DNA from: Planctomycetota bacterium
GTDB taxonomy: Bacteria; Planctomycetota; UBA1135; UBA2386
Reading direction: 5' to 3'
Length of the DNA: 32,000 bases
Assembly (NCBI GenBank): GCA_041168165.1
Contig: JBEELK010000153.1
Location: forward strand, 1-32,000
Shown piece by piece: positions 16,545 through 24,296 of this stretch. A program made the translations under genes and the position numbers. Each line of letters begins with the position of its first letter. Within the stretch, counting starts at the first letter, position 1. The notes beneath the pieces are model-generated. The model had not been told where the DNA came from and did no database searches. It saw only the letters and a list, made by a program, of their open reading frames with translations.

Positions 16545-17402
16545 TCAGCGCTGCGGCTTGCCGCTCTGCGTCGCGGTCGTGCGGATGCGCATCCCGCCAT
16601 CGCCGTTGTCCGATTCGGCGTGGAACTCATACGTCGCGTGACGCGCTTCGACGATGCGGTGGAAGCGACGCGAGGTCTGCAACTCCACAGCTTGCGCCAA
16701 CTCTTCGTGCGTGATGCGCCCCATCTGCAGCAGCACCGAGCCAAGCCGTTGCCGTCCATCGCCATGCTGCTTCACGATCGGCGCAACTTCGCTTGCGTCG
16801 ACGAAGCCTAGTTCTGCGAGCACGTTGCCGAGGCCCTCGTTTGCAGGCGACTGCGTTGAGCTCGTGCCCACAAGGCAGCCGTCGACGAACTGGAAGCGCA
16901 CCTTCTCGGCGTCGATGGCGACGTGCAGCATTCCGTTCTTGCGCGTGCGCGAAAGGAACTGAAACACCGAGCGCATCGGCAGCGTGTCGGAGTTGCCTTG
17001 CAAGGTCGTGGCGCCAGCGGCGGTCACTGCGCGCGGCGAAAGCGCCGGCTGCGACTTTGCCGTAGCGGTCGCAGCGTTGCTAACGGGTCGAGGAGTCGCA
17101 ACGGTCGGCGCAGAGACGGCATTGCGCGGCGCAACCGCGTTCGACGTGCGTTGGGTCACTGCAGGAGTCGCGGCCTTCGCAGGCCCCACCTTGCCGAGCG
17201 CATCGTGAATCGCGTCCGCGAGCGCGCGCATGCCACGTTCGACGCGCGCCAACTCCTCCGTGCTATTGCCGATGTCGAGCCCGCGCATCGTGACCTGCTC
17301 GAGCGTCTGTGCCATGTTGGCCGCAAGCTCGATGAAGTCCGTGCAATAGCCAGAGACCAGCGAGGCTGCCGCGGATGGAGGGAAGGCTTGGAGGTCCTTC
17401 AT
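16545..17402 (-). CDS. DUF4388 domain protein (PatA-N-like) with a T2SS-E N-terminal-like helical module
   Basis: ORF 16545..17705 trimmed to ATG 17402 (MKDLQAF); an alternative ATG lies at 17450. DUF4388 signature LQGNSDTLPMRSVFQFLSRTRKNGMLHVAIDAEKVRFQFVDGCLVG, then LGNVLAELGFVDASEV...RLGSVLLQMGRITHEELAQAVELQ. The N-terminal half is low complexity, rich in Ala/Thr/Pro. Confidence 0.65.
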   Translation of the reverse strand: MKDLQAFPPSAAASLVSGYCTDFIELAANMAQTLEQVTMRGLDIGNSTEELARVERGMRALADAIHDALGKVGPAKAATPAVTQRTSNAVAPRNAVSAPTVATPRPVSNAATATAKSQPALSPRAVTAAGATTLQGNSDTLPMRSVFQFLSRTRKNGMLHVAIDAEKVRFQFVDGCLVGTSSTQSPANEGLGNVLAELGFVDASEVAPIVKQHGDGRQRLGSVLLQMGRITHEELAQAVELQTSRRFHRIVEARHATYEFHAESDNGDGGMRIRTTATQSGKPQR

Positions 17403-17453
17403 GCACAACGGATCGGCATCGGGTCGGGAAGAACCGGAGCCGAGGCGCATGAG

Positions 17454-17468
17454 GTCTCGCGGCGAGAC
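17454..17468. promoter_or_regulatory. 15-nt perfect palindrome GTCTCGC-G-GCGAGAC
   Basis: Read directly from the sequence, in the divergent region between the DUF4388 gene (-) and the PARG-like gene (+). Confidence 0.2.
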
Positions 17469-17518
17469 ATGTCGCGCAACTGGATACTCCGGCAAGTGGC
17501 CGCGCCTATCGTGGGTGC

Positions 17519-18349
17519 ATGGCGGACTCTTGGATTCACATCCCTCGTGACTTCGCGCGAAGCCTCGGCGAAGAGGCGGTGCGCACCGCCGATCGCGGCA
17601 CATACTCGTTGCCCGATGGGTCGCGCTTCGACATCGCGGAGGAAGTCGAGGCCTGCGTACGCGCCACGATCCACCTAGCGCATGACCATGCGCATGCATC
17701 GCCAATGCGCGGCGAGTTCGTCACGCAGATCGAAGTGACCAACGAGACGACTCTGTCCGCCGCGCATCGCCACATCGACCTTGGCCTGCGCTGCTGCGCG
17801 CTCAACTTTGCATCAGCGCTCGAGCCCGGCGGCGGCTTCCTTCGCGGCGCGCGCGCGCAAGAAGAGTATCTGTGCAGATCCAGCGCGCTCTACCTCTGCC
17901 TTCGCAACGGGCCGATGTATGCGTTCCATCAACAGCAGGACGATCCGTTCTATTCGGACGCCATGTCGTGGTCGCCCGACGTGCCGGTGTTCCGCGAGGA
18001 TCAGCATGCGCTTTGCGCGCCATGGCGCATGACGTTCTTGACCGCGGCGGCGTGCATGGCAATGCAGATCGAGCCTCGCGACCACGCGCGCATCCGCACT
18101 GTGATGACGACGCGCACAAAGAAGGTCCTCTCTCTCGCACAGCAGCAAGGCCACGACTCCCTCGTGCTCGGCGCGTGGGGCTGCGGCGCATTCGGCAACG
18201 ACGGCAACGTGATCGCCGGCATCTTTCGCGACGCGATCTTCGGCCCATTCTCAGGCGCGTTCCGCAAGATCACGTTCGCGATCGTCGACGAGTCCGCGGA
18301 CCTGTTCTTCTTGTCGCCGTTCCGGCGCGCATTTGCGCAGAGCCGCTGA
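17519..18349 (+). CDS. microbial-type poly(ADP-ribose) glycohydrolase-like macrodomain protein (DUF2263/TIGR02452 family)
   Basis: PARG signature GGG-X7-QEE is present (LEPGGGFLRGARAQEEYLCRSS). NFASA precedes it and the family-typical LGAWGCGAFGND follows. Confidence 0.8.
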   Translation: MADSWIHIPRDFARSLGEEAVRTADRGTYSLPDGSRFDIAEEVEACVRATIHLAHDHAHASPMRGEFVTQIEVTNETTLSAAHRHIDLGLRCCALNFASALEPGGGFLRGARAQEEYLCRSSALYLCLRNGPMYAFHQQQDDPFYSDAMSWSPDVPVFREDQHALCAPWRMTFLTAAACMAMQIEPRDHARIRTVMTTRTKKVLSLAQQQGHDSLVLGAWGCGAFGNDGNVIAGIFRDAIFGPFSGAFRKITFAIVDESADLFFLSPFRRAFAQSR

Positions 18350-18402
18350 CCGCGTTTGGCGAACCGCCGCTCGGCTCCTAGTCTGCCCGACCCTCTCTCC
18401 TA

Positions 18403-19758
18403 GTGGAGCCTCTCGTGCCCGCCACATCGACCGCCTACTGGAACCCCAAGACCGAGACGTTGCCGAAGGACCAACTGCGCGCGCTGCAGTTGCGCAAACT
18501 GCAACTGCTCGTGCAGCGCGCATGGAACACGTCGCCGTTCCATCGCCGGCTCTACGAGAAGGCGGGCGTGACGCCGGACCAGATCCGCACGCTCGACGAC
18601 ATCCGCCGCCTGCCGTTTATGACGCGCGAGGAGTGGATGGCCAACCAAGCGGACAAGCCGCTGTTTGGCGATCTCATCACGCGGCCGCAAGGCGACGCGA
18701 TTCGCTACCACCTCACGTCGGGCACCTCGGGCCGCCAACCGCTGCGCGTGCTCGACAGCCGCAAGGACTGGTCGTGGATCGCGGACATGTGGTGCTACGG
18801 CTTCTGGGGCTTCGGCATCCGACCCAGCGACACGGTGTTCTTCGCGTTCAGCTACGGCTCGTTCATCGGGTTTTGGGGCGCGCACTACGGCTGCGAGAAG
18901 ATGGGATGCCTCACGCTCGCGTCCGGCAACATGACGACCGAGCAGCGCGTGAAGCAGATCGTCGAGATGGGCGCCACCGTGGTGTGCGCGACGCCGACCT
19001 ACGCGCTGCGCATGGGTCAGACCGCCGAGAAGATGGGCATCGACCTCAAGAAGGACGGCAAGGTGCGCCGCGTCATCGTGAGCGGCGAGCCCGCTGGCTC
19101 GATCCCCGCGGTCAAGAAGATGATCGAAGAGATGTGGGGCGGGAAGTGCGGCGACACCGCCGGCATGACGGAGATCGGCACGATCATGATCTTTGAGTGC
19201 GACCACCAACCCGGCGGCCCGCACATCATTGAAGACCACTTCATCGAAGAAGTGCTCGACCCGGACACTGGCGAGCCCGTGCCGTACGGCGAACGCGGCG
19301 AGCGCGTCGTCACTTCGTTTGGCCGCGGCTTCATCCCGTTGATCCGCTATCGCACGAAGGACCTCGTCTGCAAGGTGCCGCACACGCGTTGCTCATGCGG
19401 CCGCACCGGCGACATCTACGAAGGCGGCATCCTCGGTCGCGTCGACGACATGAAGTTGATCCGCGGCACCAACGTCTATCCGCGCGCCGTCGAAGCGGTC
19501 GTGCGCGAGCACAGCGAAGTCGAGGAGTTCCAGATCGTGATCACGCGCGTGGACAACGTGCAGGACGAGATCACGGTCAAGGTCGAGTTGAAGCCCGACC
19601 AACACGAAGTGTGGCCGCGACTCCAAGCGCAACTCGGCAAGGACCTCGCCGACGCGCACGAAGGGCTCCGCTTCAACGTCGAACTGTGCAAGCAAGGCGA
19701 GCTGCCGCGCTTTGAACTGAAGGCGAAGCGCCTGCAAGACCTCCGGCCCCAATACTGA
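18403..19758 (+). CDS. phenylacetate-CoA ligase family (PaaK / F390 synthetase-like) adenylate-forming enzyme
   Basis: Motifs LPFMTREEW, HLTSGTSGRQP, TPTYALRM, IRYRTKDL and GRVDDMKLIRGTNVYP. The 18403 start is GTG. An alternative GTG at 18415 lies 6 nt after a GGAG. Confidence 0.85.
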   Translation: MEPLVPATSTAYWNPKTETLPKDQLRALQLRKLQLLVQRAWNTSPFHRRLYEKAGVTPDQIRTLDDIRRLPFMTREEWMANQADKPLFGDLITRPQGDAIRYHLTSGTSGRQPLRVLDSRKDWSWIADMWCYGFWGFGIRPSDTVFFAFSYGSFIGFWGAHYGCEKMGCLTLASGNMTTEQRVKQIVEMGATVVCATPTYALRMGQTAEKMGIDLKKDGKVRRVIVSGEPAGSIPAVKKMIEEMWGGKCGDTAGMTEIGTIMIFECDHQPGGPHIIEDHFIEEVLDPDTGEPVPYGERGERVVTSFGRGFIPLIRYRTKDLVCKVPHTRCSCGRTGDIYEGGILGRVDDMKLIRGTNVYPRAVEAVVREHSEVEEFQIVITRVDNVQDEITVKVELKPDQHEVWPRLQAQLGKDLADAHEGLRFNVELCKQGELPRFELKAKRLQDLRPQY

Positions 19759-19769
19759 GCGAAGACATC

Positions 19770-19991
19770 ATGACCAACCACGACGCCAACGCACGCGGAC
19801 TGGACTTGCTCGGCAACGCGCTCAGCAAGGATGACAAGGAACTGCTCGACCTCTACGCGCGCCTCAAGGCGCTGTCGTCGCGCACCGACCTTCCGCCGGT
19901 GACCACCGCCAACGTGAAGCAGGCGATGGTCATGCTGTGGAATGCGTGCAATGACCTCGCGCTGATCTGCGAGGAGCCGGGCTGCGACTGA
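19770..19991 (+). CDS. small acidic hypothetical protein (73 aa)
   Basis: ATG lies 11 nt after the ligase stop. Third-position GC is high and the residue mix looks protein-like (MTNHDANARGLDLLGNALSKDDKELLDLYARLKAL...CNDLALICEEPGCD). No family recognised. Confidence 0.5.
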   Translation: MTNHDANARGLDLLGNALSKDDKELLDLYARLKALSSRTDLPPVTTANVKQAMVMLWNACNDLALICEEPGCD

Positions 19992-19994
19992 GGT

Positions 19995-20019
19995 CGCGGC
20001 GCACGTCGACTCCGCCGCG
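19995..20019. terminator. hairpin between convergent genes
   Basis: CGCGGCG-11 nt-CGCCGCG (7-bp stem) in the 32-nt gap between the stops at 19991 (+) and 20024 (-). No clear U-tract. Confidence 0.25.
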
Positions 20020-20023
20020 TTCG

Positions 20024-21121
20024 TCAACAAGCCGTAGCCGCGCGCCGCGACACGCTGGCCGCATAGACGATCACCAACGCGAGCAGCACGACCACGGCAA
20101 TGGCCCCGTTCGTGCTAGCGCCTCCTGCCGCGCTCGCGCTCGCCGCCGTCGACGCGATCCCAAAGTTGTGCGCGATTGCTGCGCCAAACATGAGGCCTGC
20201 GCAGCCAACCATTGCGTCGCCGTTCCCTTCGCCGGCCATCACGATCTGACGCACGGGACAACCACCGGCGAATGCGCCGCACGCGCCGACCAACGCGAGC
20301 GCGACCGCGTTCCACAGCCAGTCCGCATGCGCGATCGGTTGCCCATCAAAGCCTGTGTGGAAGCGCCCTGTGGTCATTGCGGCGATCGCATAGCCCACCA
20401 CGAACGCAAACGCGGCGAGCAACATCCAACGCGAACCGCCAAACACAGAGCGCGCGGCGCTGATCGCGCAAAAGCCCGTCGCCGACAACACGCCGCCCGC
20501 GAGCAGCGAGAGCGAAAGCGCCAAGGCCCACGGAGCGCGCGCCGGCCCCGTCGCCACATCGGCGCCAAGGCTCGGTCCCGCAAGACCAGCCCCAAACCAC
20601 CACGCGAGCAGCGGCGCAATCAACGCAATCGGTCCGAGCAACCCGATCGGCAGCGACACTAGAGACGTCTTGCCGAGGCTATAGCCGCGCCGTTCCAAGA
20701 CAGTCGCCACGCCAACGCCAGCGACGAAGCCCGGCAGCGCGAGCCACGCATTGGGATCGCCGCCGCCGAGTCGTTGCAGCACGCGGAACGGACAGCCGAG
20801 GAACACCAGCGCGCCCACTGCCATCGCAGCGCACAGAAAGAAGCGCGCGACTGCATGACTGCCCGAACGACCGACGTGGCGGCCGCGCAGCAATGACCAC
20901 ACGAGCGCGCCCACTGCGATGCCCGCGACCTCGGGCCGCACAAGCGAAGGCCCTTGGTGCAGACGCAACGCGCCCGCGAGGTCGCGCAAGAAGCACGCGC
21001 CGCACAGGCCCATGTTGCCGGGATTGCCCGCAGCGACCAATCCAGCAGCGAGAACGCCAAGCAGCAGAAGAAGGGCGATCGCGAGAACGCGCGTCGCCTT
21101 CGAGTGTTCACCACGCAGCAT
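20024..21121 (-). CDS. YeeE/YedE family membrane protein (putative sulfur/selenium compound transporter)
   Basis: Polytopic membrane protein with the conserved Cys-containing motifs of the family (NMGLCGACFLRD, GFCAISAARS, GGCPVRQ). Start taken at ATG 21121 (MLRGEHSK...); the longer version starts at 21175. Confidence 0.7.
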   Translation of the reverse strand: MLRGEHSKATRVLAIALLLLLGVLAAGLVAAGNPGNMGLCGACFLRDLAGALRLHQGPSLVRPEVAGIAVGALVWSLLRGRHVGRSGSHAVARFFLCAAMAVGALVFLGCPFRVLQRLGGGDPNAWLALPGFVAGVGVATVLERRGYSLGKTSLVSLPIGLLGPIALIAPLLAWWFGAGLAGPSLGADVATGPARAPWALALSLSLLAGGVLSATGFCAISAARSVFGGSRWMLLAAFAFVVGYAIAAMTTGRFHTGFDGQPIAHADWLWNAVALALVGACGAFAGGCPVRQIVMAGEGNGDAMVGCAGLMFGAAIAHNFGIASTAASASAAGGASTNGAIAVVVLLALVIVYAASVSRRAATAC

Positions 21122-21199
21122 GGCGCGATCATGGCGCGTGCGACGCGCAGTCGCACGCATGCGGCTCGTCAGCAAACGCGCCGCCGTTCGCCGCGCGCG

Positions 21200-21871
21200 T
21201 CAGATGTGCTCGATGATCTCGCCGTGCGAGTAGCGCACCTTGGCGAGATTGGCGTGGCGATCGTCCGATGCGCGATAGCCCGCGGCAGATGCGCACAGCG
21301 TGCGATAGCCCTTCTGCGGCAGCGACAGGATGCGGTCGTATGCGGCGGGATCGAGGCCTTCGATCGGGCACGTGTCGACGCCGAGCATTGCGGCGCTGGC
21401 GAGGAACTGCCCCATCGCGATGTAGACCTGGCGCGCGCTCCACTCCTGCGTCGTGATGCCAAACGGCACATTGGCGACGAAGCCGAGCATCATCTGGCGG
21501 TAGCCCTCAAGCTGCGCGCGATCCGCGCCGCGCTGCTTCACCATCGCATCGAACAACCGATCGACGTCCGCCGCGCCGAGGTCTTGCTTGACCGCAAACA
21601 CGACGAGGTGCGACGCGTCGACGATCTGCGTCTGGCCCCACGATGCGGCTTGCAGTTGCTTGCGGAAGTCCGCGTTCTCGACGACGAAGAACTTCCACGG
21701 CTGCAGGCCGAACGACGACGGCGACAACACGAGCGCTTCTTCGAGCGTGCGCCACGTGGCAGCGGGGATCTTCTTTTGCGCGTCAAACTTCTTGGTCGCG
21801 TAGCGCCAGTGGAGCTGCGCGAGCAGATGGTCGTTGGAGAGAGGAACAGACTTGGCGGCGTTCGGATTCAC
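21200..21871 (-). CDS. NAD(P)H-dependent nitroreductase (NfsB/NfnB-like)
   Basis: ORF 21200..22114 trimmed to GTG 21871 (alternative ATG 21946). Motifs LHWRYATKKFD, SSFGLQPW, QVYIAMGQF and VDTCPIEG. Confidence 0.85.
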   Translation of the reverse strand: MNPNAAKSVPLSNDHLLAQLHWRYATKKFDAQKKIPAATWRTLEEALVLSPSSFGLQPWKFFVVENADFRKQLQAASWGQTQIVDASHLVVFAVKQDLGAADVDRLFDAMVKQRGADRAQLEGYRQMMLGFVANVPFGITTQEWSARQVYIAMGQFLASAAMLGVDTCPIEGLDPAAYDRILSLPQKGYRTLCASAAGYRASDDRHANLAKVRYSHGEIIEHI

Positions 21872-21972
21872 GGCGCGCCCTTCGATCACAAAGGCGTCCC
21901 AGATGCAAAACGCAGCGGCCGCAACGCGACGCCCGACGCGGCCCATCCCTATGCTCGACGCAGGAGGCTCCG

Positions 21973-23928
21973 ATGAAATCCCCACTGCCCATCGCGCTCG
22001 CGGTCGCTGCGATCGCCGTCGTCGCTCTGTGGTTCGCCGCGGACTCGGCCGACGGCCCACAACCGGACTCGGGCGAAGCGATCTCCGCGGGCAATCGCGA
22101 ACTCGACGGCGCAACCGGCACGTTAAGCCGAGACTCGGCGCCCGAACTCGCGCGCAACCTCGCCGAGCCGTCGCCAGGGGACGCGGTGCAACTCGACCAT
22201 CCGTACGCCTTCACGTTGCGCGTGCGCGCGATCGACGAGTTTGGGCTGCCCGCGGGAGGTCGCCGCGTCCGCATCGCGCCGATCGGGTGCACGCAGAATG
22301 TGATGGAGCAGCGCACCGACGACCTTGGCCGCGCGACCGTCGAGTGGAAGGGCCGCACGTCGTCGATGCGCATGGGGCTCGCGCTCGGCCGCGGCCCGTT
22401 GCGCGAGATCACCATCGCGAGCGGCGCGTCGAGAGACATCACAGGCCTCGTTCCGCGCGACACGGGCGGGCTGTCGTTCACGATCGTGTCGAACGGTGAC
22501 AGCAACGGTGGCTTTGTCTTCGGCGGTCAGGGCGAACAGAAACTGCAACTCGTCGCGAGCACGGAGACCGAAGACTCGGTCGACGCACGCGATGGGCTGC
22601 ATCCCCACGCGCGGTTCTCGGACCAACTCCTCGACGACGCGCCGGTCGCAGCAAGACCGGAGGCCCTCGATGCACTGCCGCTGATCGGCGCGGTATTCAC
22701 TTCGACGGTGAAGTTCATGCCCACTCAGAGTGCGGCAAGCGACGCGAAGGACACGCGCGGCATCATCACTGGCGTCGTGTTTGGCGCGGACGGCAAGCCC
22801 GCGGCGCAGCAACTGGTGGCGTTGCTCGGCGATAGCGAGGCGCCGCTCGCCAACACGCGCTCCGACGCGAGCGGCATGTATCGCTTCGACGGGATCCGTC
22901 CCGGCCCCGCGCGCATTCGCGCCGGCGGACAACGCATGGGGCTCGCCGAGCAAGCGGTGGTCGTTGGCGAAGTCGTCGCAACGACCGCCAACCTCCATCT
23001 GCAGCTGGGCCAGCGCATCGAAGGCAAGGCGACCGGCGCCGATGGCAAGCCACTGCGCGGCTGGATCGTCGAGTACGAATCGCTCGACGGCCAATGGGTC
23101 GACCGCGCGCTCGTGCGCGACGACGGCGCGTTCACGATGCCCAACTTGCCGGGCGGTGCAGCCCGTCTGCTGCTGCGCGAGAACTCCAACGCGGTGCCAA
23201 CTGCGATCGTGGCCAGCGTGCTGCCGGACAGCGGCTTGGTGACGTTCGATCTGTCAGGCGAAGCACAACCCAAGGGCGCGATCTCGCTGCGGTTGCCCGA
23301 GCGCGCGCCGCGCGTTGGCGAGACTGCGGCAGACGCCGCGAGCCAACCCGCGCGCAGCGGCGAGTCGACGAACGACGGTCAGATCGAGATCAGCTTCGGC
23401 GAGGCCGGCAGCGGTGGATCGACGATCCGACTCGGCGGAGACTCGTTGCGGCTGTCGAACGTGGCCAAGGCGGGCTCGTCGGGAGCGCAGACGGCTTCGG
23501 TGTCCGCATGGCAAGTCGAGACCGGCTTCTGCTTCTCGATCCCGCGCGCCGAGGACGGCTCGTTTGCGTGCTCAGGCCTGCGCGCTGGCTACTACCGGAT
23601 CGAGGTCCGCGACGTGGGCTTGGGCGCAGTCGACCTCGGGCAGCACTTCGTCGATGGCCGCGCGACGCTCGACCTCGGCACGGCGCAGTTGCCCCGCCCG
23701 GCCACGCTGCGCCTCAAGGGTCGCAGCCCGGAGCAACGGCTCGAGCTCTACCACCGCCGCACCGTATGTGACGTCCGCGCCGTCCAGGACCTCGGCGACC
23801 GCGATGTGGTCGAACTGCCGGCGGGCACGTGGATCCTCGCCAGCCAGACCGGAGAAGAGGCGCCGACGTTCCGGGAAGTGGTCCTGCGGCCAGGGTCCGA
23901 GACCGTGGTCGAGCTAGCTACGCGCTGA
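21973..23928 (+). CDS. membrane-anchored protein with several carboxypeptidase-regulatory-like (CarboxypepD_reg) beta-sandwich repeats
   Basis: ATG 21973 follows CAGGAGG. N-terminal TM helix PIALAVAAIAVVALWF. Repeats such as GIITGVVFGADGKPAAQQLVALL...SDASGMYRFDGIRPGPARIRA and IEGKATGADGKPLRGWIVEY...DDGAFTMPNLPGG. Confidence 0.7.
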   Translation: MKSPLPIALAVAAIAVVALWFAADSADGPQPDSGEAISAGNRELDGATGTLSRDSAPELARNLAEPSPGDAVQLDHPYAFTLRVRAIDEFGLPAGGRRVRIAPIGCTQNVMEQRTDDLGRATVEWKGRTSSMRMGLALGRGPLREITIASGASRDITGLVPRDTGGLSFTIVSNGDSNGGFVFGGQGEQKLQLVASTETEDSVDARDGLHPHARFSDQLLDDAPVAARPEALDALPLIGAVFTSTVKFMPTQSAASDAKDTRGIITGVVFGADGKPAAQQLVALLGDSEAPLANTRSDASGMYRFDGIRPGPARIRAGGQRMGLAEQAVVVGEVVATTANLHLQLGQRIEGKATGADGKPLRGWIVEYESLDGQWVDRALVRDDGAFTMPNLPGGAARLLLRENSNAVPTAIVASVLPDSGLVTFDLSGEAQPKGAISLRLPERAPRVGETAADAASQPARSGESTNDGQIEISFGEAGSGGSTIRLGGDSLRLSNVAKAGSSGAQTASVSAWQVETGFCFSIPRAEDGSFACSGLRAGYYRIEVRDVGLGAVDLGQHFVDGRATLDLGTAQLPRPATLRLKGRSPEQRLELYHRRTVCDVRAVQDLGDRDVVELPAGTWILASQTGEEAPTFREVVLRPGSETVVELATR

Positions 23929-23999
23929 CCGGATCGTTGACGGCACACCGCAACGAAGCGCGCAAGCTGCTGCTCAGAACAGACAAACGGGTGCCCTAG

Positions 24000-24043
24000 A
24001 AAATAAAGCGGCCCCCGCCGGACCATGCTTTCCGGCGGGAGCC
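24000..24043 (-). terminator. rho-independent terminator (minus strand)
   Basis: On the minus strand: GGCUCCCGCCGG-aaagcatggt-CCGGCGGGGGCC (12-bp stem including one G.U), followed by GCTTTATTTTC. On the plus strand the same position is a C.A mismatch and no T-tract follows, so it is minus-strand specific. It lies 254 nt downstream of the pyrK-like stop. Confidence 0.6.
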
Positions 24044-24296
24044 TTCGCATCCCAGAGGGGTCTCTCACTGCGAGCCGCCTTTCGTGCCCTGGTCATCTCC
24101 CTACACAGAGCACTACGAGCGACACCAATACTAGTAAGCCTGCCGCGGTAAGTTGCAACTCCCGCGCGGTCGCATGGGGCGCAACGGCGTTGCGGCGCGG
24201 CGCAAAGGATGTGCTGCGGGGCGACCCGAACGTGCGGCGGAACACAGGGCGCGCGCGGCACGGCGAACGGTCGCAACCCGAGCGCAGCGGCGGGGA

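Noticed and set aside
19770-19991. The 73-aa ORF as the missing YedF/TusA partner of the neighbouring YedE-like gene
   Set aside because: It is on the opposite strand to yedE, lacks the CPxP motif, and is tightly coupled to the upstream ligase instead.
24049-24064. PyrR-binding-loop-like sequence AUCCCAGAGGGGUC near the pyrK-like gene
   Set aside because: It deviates from the ARUCCAGAGAGGYU consensus. It is on the plus strand, opposite to pyrK and downstream of it rather than in its leader.
23929-24296. Known structured RNAs (SRP/4.5S, tmRNA, RNase P, 6S, tRNA) in the large non-coding gap
   Set aside because: I could not find the diagnostic motifs on either strand: the SRP GGAA-tetraloop helix 8 sequence, the tmRNA/tRNA T-arm GGTTCGA, or RNase P GAGGAAAGTCC. 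The region is kept only as an unassigned candidate.
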